Below, in pieces: positions 30,242-39,246 of a stretch of DNA of 64,000 bases; positions within the stretch are counted from its first letter, which is position 1; each line of letters opens with the position of its first letter. Below the pieces are notes generated by a model. It ran no database searches. It was given only the letters and a program-made list of their open reading frames with translations, and had not been told where the DNA came from. This DNA comes from an uncultured candidate division Zixibacteria bacterium. GTDB taxonomy: Bacteria; Zixibacteria; MSB-5A5; GN15; FEB-12. A program made the translations under genes and the position numbers. Location of the stretch: positions 1 through 64,000 of the forward strand of contig CAWDXE010000007.1 in assembly GCA_963806185.1 (NCBI GenBank). Direction: 5' to 3'.

Positions 30242-30862
30242 ATGAAGAAAGCACTGATTCTCATGTCAGCTCTCATGCTGATCGCGACCGTAGCGTTTGG
30301 CGAAGACAATCCGGCTCGCACCCAGACGATCGATGATCTCAAGGCGGCGTTTACCGGCGAATCGACGGCTAGCGCCAAGTACGCGGCGTATGCCAAGAAA
30401 GCCGCCGACGAGGGCTTTACTAAGGTAAGTAAGCTGTTCGAGGCCGCTTCAAAAGCCGAGGCGTTTCATGCCGCCAATCACAAGGCGGTTCTCGAGCAAC
30501 TCGGCGCGGCCGCGCCCGAAGTGTCTCCCAAGTTTGAGGTGAAGACGACAGCAGAAAACCTGCAGGATGCAATCGGCGGCGAATCGTATGAAGTCGCGAC
30601 CATGTATCCGGAGATGCTCAAGAACGTCAATGCGTCAAAGGTGACGATCGCCGGAATTTCGTTCAACTATGCGTTCGAAACCGAAAAGACTCACAAGATT
30701 CTCTACACCAAAGCGCTCGAGGCGCTTAAGGCGGGTAAAGAGAGTTCATTATCGGGCCAGTACGCCGTGTGCAGCACCTGCGGTAACACCTACGATGCCA
30801 GCGTACCGAACCGCTGCGGTCTTTGCATGACCAGCAAGGATCGGTTTATCATGATTGCCTAG
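30242..30862 (+). CDS. rubrerythrin family protein with N-terminal signal peptide
   Basis: AFTGES, EAFHA, GESYE...MYP, EKTH, CSTCG...CGLC; MKKALIL..AFG signal. Confidence 0.88.
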   Translation: MKKALILMSALMLIATVAFGEDNPARTQTIDDLKAAFTGESTASAKYAAYAKKAADEGFTKVSKLFEAASKAEAFHAANHKAVLEQLGAAAPEVSPKFEVKTTAENLQDAIGGESYEVATMYPEMLKNVNASKVTIAGISFNYAFETEKTHKILYTKALEALKAGKESSLSGQYAVCSTCGNTYDASVPNRCGLCMTSKDRFIMIA

Positions 30863-31003
30863 GGTGGGGCGTGGCTGCGTTGTCCCTCTGTGATATCGGT
30901 CGGTCTGAGCTAAACTCCCACGGGCCTGACCGGCCGATCCCACCTGACAAGAAAAACCGTTCGTCGATGCACCGATTCAGCCGTATATTTTGATCCAAAG
31001 ACC

Positions 31004-31672
31004 ATGCGTATACTGATTGTAGAAGATGAACAGGGGATTGCCAACTTCCTTCAAGAAGGCCTGAAGGAGGAAGGGTATGCTGTGGATGTAGCAGTCAACG
31101 GAAACGATGGGCTGCAGGCGATCCATGCCAATGAGTATGACCTATTGCTGATCGACTGGATGTTGCCTGGGGTGAGTGGCATCGAACTCTGCCGCCACTT
31201 TCGCAAGCACAATACCACAACGCCGATCATTCTTCTGAGTGCTCGCGATTCGACTGATGACGTCGTTTTCGGTTTGGACTCCGGGGTGAACGATTATGTG
31301 CGCAAACCCTTCAGTTTCGATGAATTGCTGGCCCGCGTCCGTGCCCAGCTGCGCCACAAAGACCCGCAAAGTACAATCATCACTTTGAACGATTTGCGGA
31401 TGGATATCTCGGCACGGCAGGTGTTTCGCGGTGAGCGCTTGATCGAGCTCACAGCCAAAGAATTCAGTCTCCTGCAGTACCTTTTGCGCAGCCGGGGCAA
31501 GGTCTGCTCGCGCACCCGCATAATCGAAAACGTCTGGGATATTCATTACGAGACGGACACCTCAGTGATTGACGTCTACATTAATTTCCTTCGCAAGAAG
31601 CTCTGCGCGGCCGGCGAATCGGATATCATTGAGACGGTCCGCGGCGCCGGATACGTCATTCGGGAAGTATAG
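31004..31672 (+). CDS. OmpR family response regulator (CusR/ArlR-like)
   Basis: ILIVEDE, DWMLP, KPF, VIDVYI, ETVRGAGY. Confidence 0.93.
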   Translation: MRILIVEDEQGIANFLQEGLKEEGYAVDVAVNGNDGLQAIHANEYDLLLIDWMLPGVSGIELCRHFRKHNTTTPIILLSARDSTDDVVFGLDSGVNDYVRKPFSFDELLARVRAQLRHKDPQSTIITLNDLRMDISARQVFRGERLIELTAKEFSLLQYLLRSRGKVCSRTRIIENVWDIHYETDTSVIDVYINFLRKKLCAAGESDIIETVRGAGYVIREV

Positions 31673-31674
31673 TC

Positions 31675-33063
31675 GTGCCAACTCTCAAGAATCGCATCGC
31701 GCTTGTCTACCTCGTGACCACTGGCGTGCTAGTAGGTGCGATGTACCTGATTATCTACCTAAGCACTGCGAAAATCCTGTACTCCCACTATGACGAGGAT
31801 TTGCTGACTGAGTTCGGCGAGGTGAGCACAAGTATGTCGATTCAGGATGGTCGCGTCTATGTGCTGGCCCAGCCTGAATGGACAGAGCGCGAGCACGGCG
31901 AAGCTACGGTGTCACCGATTTTCCTGCAGGCTACCGATACAACCGGAAATGTGCTTCGCACGTCGCCTAACCTTCGCGATACGCGGCTTTACTTCGAGGC
32001 GAGAAGGACTGACACGTTCGTTGTATCGCGGCAGCTGGGAACGACCTGGGTTCGACAGGTGCAGGGACCAATCGTCAGCCGTCAAGGTGAACTGGAGGGG
32101 TATCTTCTGATCGGCATGGGGATCGCTGAGGCAAAGCTGCTCCTTGATTATCTGCAGTGGATCATGCTGCTTTCGTTCCCGATTTTGGTCGGGGTCATCA
32201 TTGTTATCAGTCGCTGGTTTGGCGCCAGCATCGTGCAACCTATCTTGACATTGATAACTACCGCCGACCGCATCTCTCGAGAGAACCTGGACGAACGCGT
32301 TCCATTGCCTAAAAGTCCTGACGAGCTGCGACATTTGTCGGAAACGGTTAATGATCTGCTTGATCGTTTGCAGGAACTGATCTTGCGCGAGCAGACATTC
32401 GCGGCGGACGCCGCCCACGAACTGCGCACTCCACTGGCCGTGATTAAGGGAACACTGGAAGTGCTAATCCGTCAGCCTCGCGATCCCAAACACTATGAGG
32501 AGAAACTTAAGTACTGCATCGCGGAAATTGATCGAATGAGTGGGCTGGTCGACCAGTTACTGCTCGATGGCAAAATATGAGGCCGGAGAAGAGCGACTGC
32601 GGCTCGTCGAGATCAATGTAGCGGAATGCATGGCCAGCGTGCTGGAGCGGCTAGAGGTGTACTCTCGAGCCAAGCGGATTGCCCATCAACTTGATTTTGC
32701 CCAGGGAGCCGCGGTGGAGCCGATCAGTTTCTGCTTACGACGGTGTTTGAGAATGTCGTGTCCAATGCTATCAAGTTCTCGCCTGAGGGTGCGGCAATCG
32801 TGATCAGTGTGTGCGAACAGCCGGAGGCAGTCACCGTGTCAGTTCAGGATCACGGTCCTGGTATGACTGAACACCAGGTAGCGAAGGTGTTCGACCGATT
32901 CTATCGAGTCGAGAATGATGGCGCCGTACATACGAAGGGGTTTGGACTTGGACTCGCTTTAGTTCGTCGCTTGGCGGATCTTCTCAACGTTCGGGTAGCT
33001 GTCAAAACCGCTCCAGATCAGGGGACGCTTTTCACACTGACGATTCCTAAACATTTGACCTAA
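31675..33063 (+). CDS. HAMP sensor histidine kinase, two frameshifts as read
   Basis: HAMP and AHELRTPL in 31675-32580; NAIKFS, DHGPG, FDRFYR, GLGL in 32743-33063; linker in a third frame. Confidence 0.8.
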
Positions 33064-33096
33064 TCGCGACCAGAGGTCTGGGCCTATCGTAAAAAT

Positions 33097-33176
33097 AGCG
33101 TCACAATTTGGTCACAATGACCCGTAAGTTCTTGTGCCACATAGCGAGTCGGGGGGTTCGATCCCCCCACCTCCAC
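33097..33176 (+). repeat. att-flank motif plus tmRNA 3'-end fragment, copy 2
   Basis: agcgtcacaatttggtcacaatgacccgtaag... then gtcggggggttcgatccccccacctccac (33148-33176), matching 4900-4928 apart from homopolymer shifts. Confidence 0.8.
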
Positions 33177-33229
33177 TATATTAGGTCCACGTTTCCTAGT
33201 ATGACCGTTGCGGTCGAGATGACGAGAGC

Positions 33230-34159
33230 CTACAAGTTAATGTTCACGCCGGTTATCAATACGGACTTTTCATTTTGCTCGCCATACAGATCCTGCCAAA
33301 CAGGAATCTGAACCGATACTGAAAGACTGGTGACGGTCCCAAGCCCAAATCTTACTCCTGGGGTCAAATAGGCGACTGAGCCACCAGTATTGTCAACAAT
33401 TTCGCCGCTGTCAAAGTCGCGACGAGCGTGGCGACCATTCAACTGTAAGCTCCCTGTGACACTGGACGAAATGGAGCGTTGCGCACCGATATTAAAAAGG
33501 GCAGCGTTGCCGTAGTGGTAATCAAAGCTGTTAGTGCCGTTGCTCCGAAAATAGGCACTCGCAAAGATGCGATTTGTGCGGGTGGCAAGCGAGAAGGCAC
33601 CGCCGACCACTATATCATAGCTTCCGGTTCCGCTTTGGAGGTGCTCATCGGCTCGCACTCCTCCACTTTGGGCATTGTTATGCCCGGTGGGGAGCTTGAA
33701 GGAGGCGGATAAACCGACTGTCAAGTGCCGATCAGCTTTGTAAGCGAAATTCGTCATCCACAAAGCGGTCATTTCGGCGTCACCGACGCCAGAAGACTTG
33801 TCCCGCTCCACACCGTCAGCAGTGGTCACCTCTAAGCGACGAAATGACATCGGGAGTTCGCCTGAGAAGGCGAAGTGATCTGATAGTTGATACACGGCCT
33901 TTATTGACGGTCGCAATTCGTGCTGCTGCTCTGTCCCGGTCCCTTCATCTGGAGACAAAGCGTTCGATTTGGTCGAATAAGAATTAGCCAGGCTCAGCCG
34001 CAGGCGACGTGCATCGGCCTGCCGGGAAAGGGAAAGATCTTGATCGGAGAACTGAAACGCGTTGTCACCACACCTGCAGACCGAGCAGGCCGTCGCAGTC
34101 GAGAAAGATCCCAGTGCAACCGCCAGGATAGGTATCAATACAGTCATCTTCTGTTTCAC
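33230..34159 (-). CDS. putative outer-membrane beta-barrel transporter (MetA/SphA-like) with CxxCxC
   Basis: Signal peptide then CSVCRCG; SGVGD, KLPTG, QSGTGS, YLTPG; amphipathic strands and terminal strand VNINL. Confidence 0.65.
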   Translation of the reverse strand: MKQKMTVLIPILAVALGSFSTATACSVCRCGDNAFQFSDQDLSLSRQADARRLRLSLANSYSTKSNALSPDEGTGTEQQHELRPSIKAVYQLSDHFAFSGELPMSFRRLEVTTADGVERDKSSGVGDAEMTALWMTNFAYKADRHLTVGLSASFKLPTGHNNAQSGGVRADEHLQSGTGSYDIVVGGAFSLATRTNRIFASAYFRSNGTNSFDYHYGNAALFNIGAQRSISSSVTGSLQLNGRHARRDFDSGEIVDNTGGSVAYLTPGVRFGLGTVTSLSVSVQIPVWQDLYGEQNEKSVLITGVNINL

Positions 34160-34321
34160 TCTGACTCCCGATAGTTTAGCGTGTAGGTCCACAATATGCT
34201 CTTTAACCACGAAACAAGGCAAGTAGTTTCCGTGTGACCGAAATTGGAATGCCTTGTAGTCACTTCAAGGCGGTCCAGCGGGCCGCCGTAGTTTTTGAGG
34301 GCAATTTCATTGTGGAATCCG

Positions 34322-34368
34322 TTGACTGCAATGTACATATGTGCTACCTTTGTGATGAAAGGTGCTAT
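34322..34368 (+). promoter_or_regulatory. nikR promoter with candidate NikR operator
   Basis: TTGACT-N17-TACCTT overlapped by the direct repeat GTGCTAC-N14-GTGCTAT. Confidence 0.45.
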
Positions 34369-34369
34369 C

Positions 34370-34795
34370 ATGAAGAAGGACTTGAATAGGTTTGGAGTGT
34401 CAATGTCAGCGGACCTGCTGACCCAGCTCGATGATCTGGTTAAGGCCAAGGGATATACCAATCGCTCCCAGGCTATTGCTGATATGGTGCGCGATCAACT
34501 TGTAGAACATCGAGGCAAGGAGGGTAATCGTAAAATTGCCGGTACAATTACCCTGGTCTATGATCACCACAAACGCAATATCCAGTCGCTCTTGACCTCG
34601 ATTCAGCATGATTTTGGCGAGCATATTATTTCCACCATGCATGTTCACCTGGATCATCACAATTGCCTCGAAATACTCGCCGTGCGGGGCCGTGCCAGCC
34701 TAATCAGACAGCTGGCCGATAAGCTGATCGCAGCCAAGGGAGTCAAGCACGGAAAATTGACGATGACTACCACTGGCGAAGAATTCACCAAGTGA
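34370..34795 (+). CDS. nikR: nickel-responsive regulator NikR
   Basis: RFGVSM ribbon, NRSQAI, YDHH, HVHLDHHNCLE, GVKHG. Confidence 0.95.
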   Translation: MKKDLNRFGVSMSADLLTQLDDLVKAKGYTNRSQAIADMVRDQLVEHRGKEGNRKIAGTITLVYDHHKRNIQSLLTSIQHDFGEHIISTMHVHLDHHNCLEILAVRGRASLIRQLADKLIAAKGVKHGKLTMTTTGEEFTK

Positions 34796-34830
34796 AGGAA
34801 TCAATGGGCCGATAGATAAGAGAAAGATGC

Positions 34831-35790
34831 ATGCACATACCTGATGGATTCTTAGACCCAAAGACGGCGGTAACCAGTGGAGTGGCCGCAGCAACTGGAC
34901 TTGGCATAGCAATCCGACACGTTAAGCGGACATTTCCTTCCTCTCGCATACCTCAAATGGGGTTGGCTTCGGCCTTCGTGTTTGCCGCCCAAATGCTCAA
35001 TTTTCCGGTTCTTGGCGGTACCTCCGGCCATCTGATTGGCGCTGTTCTGGTCTCAGTCTTACTTGGCCCAAGTGCAGCGGTGATAGTGATGTCATCGGTG
35101 CTGATTCTACAGTGTCTGATGTTTGCAGATGGTGGCATTACTGCTCTGGGGGCGAACATATTCAATATGGCGATTGTAGCCCCGTTTGTTGGGTATGCCG
35201 TTTACAAGCTGCTATATCGAATCCTGGGAACGACTGAACGGGCTCGCTTCACCGCGATAGCGTTTGCCTCCTGGCTTTCCACCGTAGCCGCATCCATTGC
35301 GTGTGCGGGACAATTGGCGGTATCTGGAACCGCCCAATGGAGTGTTGTTTTTCCGGCAATGGCTGGTATACATATGCTGATCGGTATAGGGGAAGCAGTC
35401 ATTACGACCTTCGTTGTGGCGGCAATCTTGCGACTCTCCCCAGACATGACTTTGGCTTCTGGTGGCGAGCAATCACACACCAGTTTCCGGCCTCTGCTTG
35501 GATATGGGCTTGTGGTCTCACTTGGGCTTGTCCTGTTCATATCCCCCTTTGCATCAAGCTGGCCCGATGGCCTTGAAAAGGTGGCCGAGGCAATCGGCTT
35601 TACCAACGCCGCTCATTCTGCGTCTCTGATTCCATCTCCCCTCGCCGACTATGGTGTTCCGGGGATTGCGTCATCAAGCGTTTCGACCATCCTGGCCGGC
35701 ACAATCGGAACGCTTTTCGCATTCGCGCTATCACTTGCCCTGGCCCACATAGTGACGTCCGGCAAGAAAGAAATCGGAAGCCAGTCCTAG
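34831..35790 (+). CDS. nikMN: ECF Ni/Co transporter S component NikM/CbiM fused to PDGLE (NikN) domain
   Basis: MHIPDGFL N-terminus, GTSGHLIG, ADGG, PDGLE. Confidence 0.9.
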   Translation: MHIPDGFLDPKTAVTSGVAAATGLGIAIRHVKRTFPSSRIPQMGLASAFVFAAQMLNFPVLGGTSGHLIGAVLVSVLLGPSAAVIVMSSVLILQCLMFADGGITALGANIFNMAIVAPFVGYAVYKLLYRILGTTERARFTAIAFASWLSTVAASIACAGQLAVSGTAQWSVVFPAMAGIHMLIGIGEAVITTFVVAAILRLSPDMTLASGGEQSHTSFRPLLGYGLVVSLGLVLFISPFASSWPDGLEKVAEAIGFTNAAHSASLIPSPLADYGVPGIASSSVSTILAGTIGTLFAFALSLALAHIVTSGKKEIGSQS

Positions 35791-35806
35791 AGATTAGAGT
35801 TCGATT

Positions 35807-36415
35807 TTGCATGTTTCAGACCCATACATAGACGGCCAGGGTCTTCTAAACAGGCTTTCGGCCTCGATCAAATTCACATTTGTGATAACCACTATTGTTG
35901 TGGCCGTCGCCCTGCCGCGATCCTGCTGGCAGGGATATGCGATCATCGCCACGCTGCTAGTTGGCATTCTCCCTTCATCAAGACTTCCGATCGGAGTGGT
36001 CACAAAGCGCCTGTTGTTATTTGAACCTTTTGTCCTCGTGGCAGCAATGTTGTCCATCGTGCAACCTAACGGATGGATCGTGTTCTTGTCCCTGGTCTTC
36101 AAGGGCACCATAAGCCTCCTTGCCATGGTCCTATTGGTTGCCTCTACAAGGTTTCTGGATCTGTTAACTCTGCTCAAGCGATTACGTTTGCCTGGCATTC
36201 TTGTAACCAACATCTCGCTGATGTACAGGTATCTGTTCCTATTGCTCTTCGAGGCCGAGCGCATGAGCCGAGCCCGTTCCAGCAGGGTGTTCAAGCGTGA
36301 ACAGTGGCGTATCTGGCACTCCAACGCTACTGTAATCGGACACCTCTTTGTACGAACCTCAAAGCGGGCCGAGAGGATTTATGCGGCTATGTGTGCCCGC
36401 GGGTGGAGAGTATGA
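35807..36415 (+). CDS. nikQ: ECF transporter T component NikQ/CbiQ
   Basis: YRYLF, ARSSR, RAERIYAAMCARG. Confidence 0.88.
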   Translation: MHVSDPYIDGQGLLNRLSASIKFTFVITTIVVAVALPRSCWQGYAIIATLLVGILPSSRLPIGVVTKRLLLFEPFVLVAAMLSIVQPNGWIVFLSLVFKGTISLLAMVLLVASTRFLDLLTLLKRLRLPGILVTNISLMYRYLFLLLFEAERMSRARSSRVFKREQWRIWHSNATVIGHLFVRTSKRAERIYAAMCARGWRV

Positions 36416-37158
36416 AAGCAGTTGGCATCAGAAACCTGTCCTATAGATATCCCAATGGCATAGAGGCGTTGAAGGGAATCTCCTTTGCAATCGACGAAGG
36501 CGAGAAGGTTGGACTGATCGGTCCCAACGGAGCTGGAAAATCCACTCTGTTGTGGCATCTCAACGGTCTGCTGCCGGAAAAACCGGCGCGAAATGCCTTC
36601 ATTCACATCATGGAAATCCCAGTGACAGAGGATAATTTCCCGCTGGTTCGCTCGATGACAGGCATCTTGTTTCAAGATCCCGACGATCAGCTCTTTATGC
36701 CAACTGTTCATGAGGATATTGCCTTCGGCCCGCAACAATTGGGCAAGAGCAACTCTGACATAGATGCGATAGAAAAGGGAGTTTTGACAAAGGTCGGCTT
36801 GCCCGGTTTTGAAAAGCGCCATACCAATCAACTTAGTCAGGGTGAAAAGCGAAGAATCTGCTTGGCTGGGCTACTCGCCTGCGATGCCAAGGTGTTAGTT
36901 CTGGATGAGCCGACAAGCGGGCTTGATCCCAAAGGGCGGAGAGAACTCAAGACTCTCTTGTTGACGATGCCGGAGACGATGTTGATCGCAACTCATGACC
37001 TCGAATTTGTTGTGGAGGTCTGTACTCGGGCTATTGTCATCGATAACGGACAACTGATTGCCGATGGCGCCACGGTAGATATCCTGAATGATGAGGATTT
37101 GATGCTGGCCCACGGTCTTGAACGACCCCATATCCTTAGGCACATGCATCCGCACTAG
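36412..37158 (+). CDS. nikO: ECF transporter ATPase NikO/CbiO
   Basis: GPNGAGKST, FQDPDDQLF, LSQGEK, LDEPT; His-rich tail. Confidence 0.92.
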   Translation: MKAVGIRNLSYRYPNGIEALKGISFAIDEGEKVGLIGPNGAGKSTLLWHLNGLLPEKPARNAFIHIMEIPVTEDNFPLVRSMTGILFQDPDDQLFMPTVHEDIAFGPQQLGKSNSDIDAIEKGVLTKVGLPGFEKRHTNQLSQGEKRRICLAGLLACDAKVLVLDEPTSGLDPKGRRELKTLLLTMPETMLIATHDLEFVVEVCTRAIVIDNGQLIADGATVDILNDEDLMLAHGLERPHILRHMHPH

Positions 37159-37182
37159 CTACACTGGTGTAAGGGCGAAAGA

Positions 37183-37288
37183 AGCGTCACAATATGGTCA
37201 TCTATGAAAGGGCCGCGGTCGAAAAAGACGTACCATGGAACGCGGAGTCCATGATACTTTCTCGAAGCTTGGGACCAATTTGGGACCA
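37183..37288 (+). repeat. arm-type-like repeats near attR
   Basis: agcgtcacaatatggtca (17/18 to the boundary motif); TGGGACCA twice at 37270 and 37281, inverted copy at 4700-4707. Confidence 0.55.
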
Positions 37289-37415
37289 CGAGACTCCAAA
37301 ACGGTTCAAAAGGACTAGAAACGACTCCAAGTGGTTGAAACTCGCAAGATCATGATATTGGGATAGTTACGACGCAAGTCGCGGGCCGTCAACGAGTTGT
37401 AAAATGGACCACAGG

Positions 37416-37436
37416 CGAGTCCCCCCTTCGGCACCA
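37416..37436 (+). repeat. attR: displaced tRNA-Leu 3' end with CCA
   Basis: cgagtccccccttcggca + cca. Confidence 0.9.
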
Positions 37437-37442
37437 AAATTT

Positions 37443-37475
37443 GAGCCCGTAAATCTCACCGGTTTTCGGGCTTTT
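37443..37475 (+). terminator. intrinsic terminator (likely the original tRNA terminator)
   Basis: agcccg...cgggct stem followed by T run, just after attR. Confidence 0.6.
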
Positions 37476-37545
37476 CCATTGGCCAAGCCATCGAACCGGC
37501 TGTGTTCCAACGGCTGCCCGCCCTCAAGGCTATGAGCGTATTGCA

Positions 37546-37573
37546 TTGACAACCGGAGCCATTATACTATCTT
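37546..37573 (+). promoter_or_regulatory. promoter-like element shared with 39951-39980
   Basis: TTGACA-accggagccattatac-TATCTT versus TTGACA-cccggagccatttatcca-TATCTT. Confidence 0.55.
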
Positions 37574-37869
37574 AAAATCAGCACACCGAATTTCACCTGA
37601 GCACACCTGAATCAGCCAATCGAATCTTGACATAGTCGCAAGAGAATGTACAGGCTGACAAGTACAGCCACATCATTGTCTATCGTGACGTCGTGTGGAC
37701 ACGTCCGATCGGGAGCCTCGCGGCGGCTAACGGTACTGGTTCAACTTCACATGTAGATGCTGGCAGCGGCAGGTAGGACATGATTTCTAAGTTGTATCTG
37801 ACTCTTATCAAACGCGAATCGCACATCCTCAAGTCTGAAATGAAACCATTCTATCAATAGGAGGTCACA

Positions 37870-39246
37870 ATGCGCCCGGGTTTCTTCATTGCTTGTGTAT
37901 TGTTGGTAGGGATGATCCCTGCGATCACCTCGGCCGCTACGCCTACTCTGATCAATTATCAAGGTAAACTTACCGACGGTACTGGGTTGCCGTTTCCTGA
38001 CGGCGTGCCCTGTACAGTAGTCTTCACCATTTATGATGCCGCGACAGGAGGTACCGTCATCTGGACAGAGTCCCAGTCGGTAACCACATCGGGCGGCATT
38101 TTTGCGGTGCTATTGGGATCGACGACGCCGATAACGGATGCCGTCTTTACCGCGACCACGCGCTATTTGGGCATTAAGGTGGGTGCGGATCCTGAAATGA
38201 CCCCACGGGTTGCACTGGTAACTGTGCCTTATGCCTTCCGGATAAGCACTGTTGATGGTTCAACAGGTGGATCGATCAGTGGGGATATCCTTCTGGAGAA
38301 TTCCACTGCGACGACGGGGAACATCTGGAAGGGCGGTTCTCCGTTTATTCACGCAATCGGTTCTGATAATACTAGCATTGGCAAAAATGCAGGCAATATC
38401 AATATGACGGGTAGCCGGAACACAGCTTGCGGGTCAGGCGCACTTGCGAGCAACAGCACTGGTAACCGCAACACTGCCGCTGGAAATGGTGCGCTCGTTG
38501 CCAACACTACCGGCAGCTACAACACCGCCATCGGGCTTAGTGCACTCGTGAGCAACATTGGTGGTTCCGAGAATACCGCCAGCGGGGCTCATGCACTCTT
38601 ACTCAACAGTACCGGCACCTTTAATACCGCCAGCGGATTCTCTGCGCTCTCCGGTAACACGACCGGCGGCGGCAACACTGCCAGCGGGCTTTCTGCGCTC
38701 TCCAGTAACACTACCGGTGACGAAAACACTGCGATTGGCGCAGGGGCAGACGTCGCCAGCGGTGACTTGAATAATGCTACGGCAGTCGGTGCCGGCGCTA
38801 TTGTCGACGCCAGTAACAAGATTCGGTTGGGCAACAGCGCCGTCACGGTGATCGAAGGGCAGGTGGCATACACCTATACCTCTGATAAGAGCCAAAAAGA
38901 AAACTTCAACCCGGTTGACGGAGAAGATGTTCTTCGCAAGATTCGCCAACTTAATCTGACCAGCTGGAACTACAAGAATCAGGATCCGCGCCATTTTCGT
39001 CACTACGGTCCCGTGGCACAGGAGTTCTTTGCGGCGTTTGGGCGTGACAGCGTCGGCCAATCGGGGACGGAGACCACGATCAATTCTGGCGATCTGGCGG
39101 GAATCACCATGATCGCGGTGCAGGCGCTGGAGAAGCGCACAGCCGAGCTGGATGAAATCAAGTCAGACAATTCCAAACTCAAAGCAGAAATTCAAGAACT
39201 GCGAGCGCTGATTCAGCAGTTAGCCGCCGAAAGAAGGGGGAAGTGA
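37870..39246 (+). CDS. secreted tail-fibre-like protein with beta-solenoid repeats and C-terminal S74 intramolecular chaperone
   Basis: Signal peptide; INYQGKL...VPYA domain; 14-aa NTAxGxxAL repeats; SDKSQKEN..WNYK..HYGPVAQEF plus coiled coil. Confidence 0.85.
   Translation: MRPGFFIACVLLVGMIPAITSAATPTLINYQGKLTDGTGLPFPDGVPCTVVFTIYDAATGGTVIWTESQSVTTSGGIFAVLLGSTTPITDAVFTATTRYLGIKVGADPEMTPRVALVTVPYAFRISTVDGSTGGSISGDILLENSTATTGNIWKGGSPFIHAIGSDNTSIGKNAGNINMTGSRNTACGSGALASNSTGNRNTAAGNGALVANTTGSYNTAIGLSALVSNIGGSENTASGAHALLLNSTGTFNTASGFSALSGNTTGGGNTASGLSALSSNTTGDENTAIGAGADVASGDLNNATAVGAGAIVDASNKIRLGNSAVTVIEGQVAYTYTSDKSQKENFNPVDGEDVLRKIRQLNLTSWNYKNQDPRHFRHYGPVAQEFFAAFGRDSVGQSGTETTINSGDLAGITMIAVQALEKRTAELDEIKSDNSKLKAEIQELRALIQQLAAERRGK
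38368..38800 (+). repeat. coding tandem repeats (~42 bp / 14 aa)
   Basis: NTACGSGALASNSTG, NTAAGNGALVANTTG, NTAIGLSALVSN, NTASG.SAL.. units. Confidence 0.8.

Larger units (their letters stand above)
4653..37433. mobile_element. genomic island integrated at tRNA-Leu(CAG), no integrase visible
   Basis: Exact 18-bp direct repeat cgagtccccccttcggca at 4635-4652 and 37416-37433; right copy is followed by CCA and a terminator; accessory cargo. Confidence 0.85.

Noticed and set aside
34160..34320. Cobalamin or NiCo riboswitch upstream of the ECF genes
   Set aside because: No B12-box or other conserved core recognised; NikR explains the regulation.
38368..38800. CRISPR array or DGR repeat
   Set aside because: These are in-frame degenerate 14-aa coding repeats with no unique spacers; no cas or reverse transcriptase gene; the dockerin-like copies differ mostly at synonymous positions rather than adenine-specifically.
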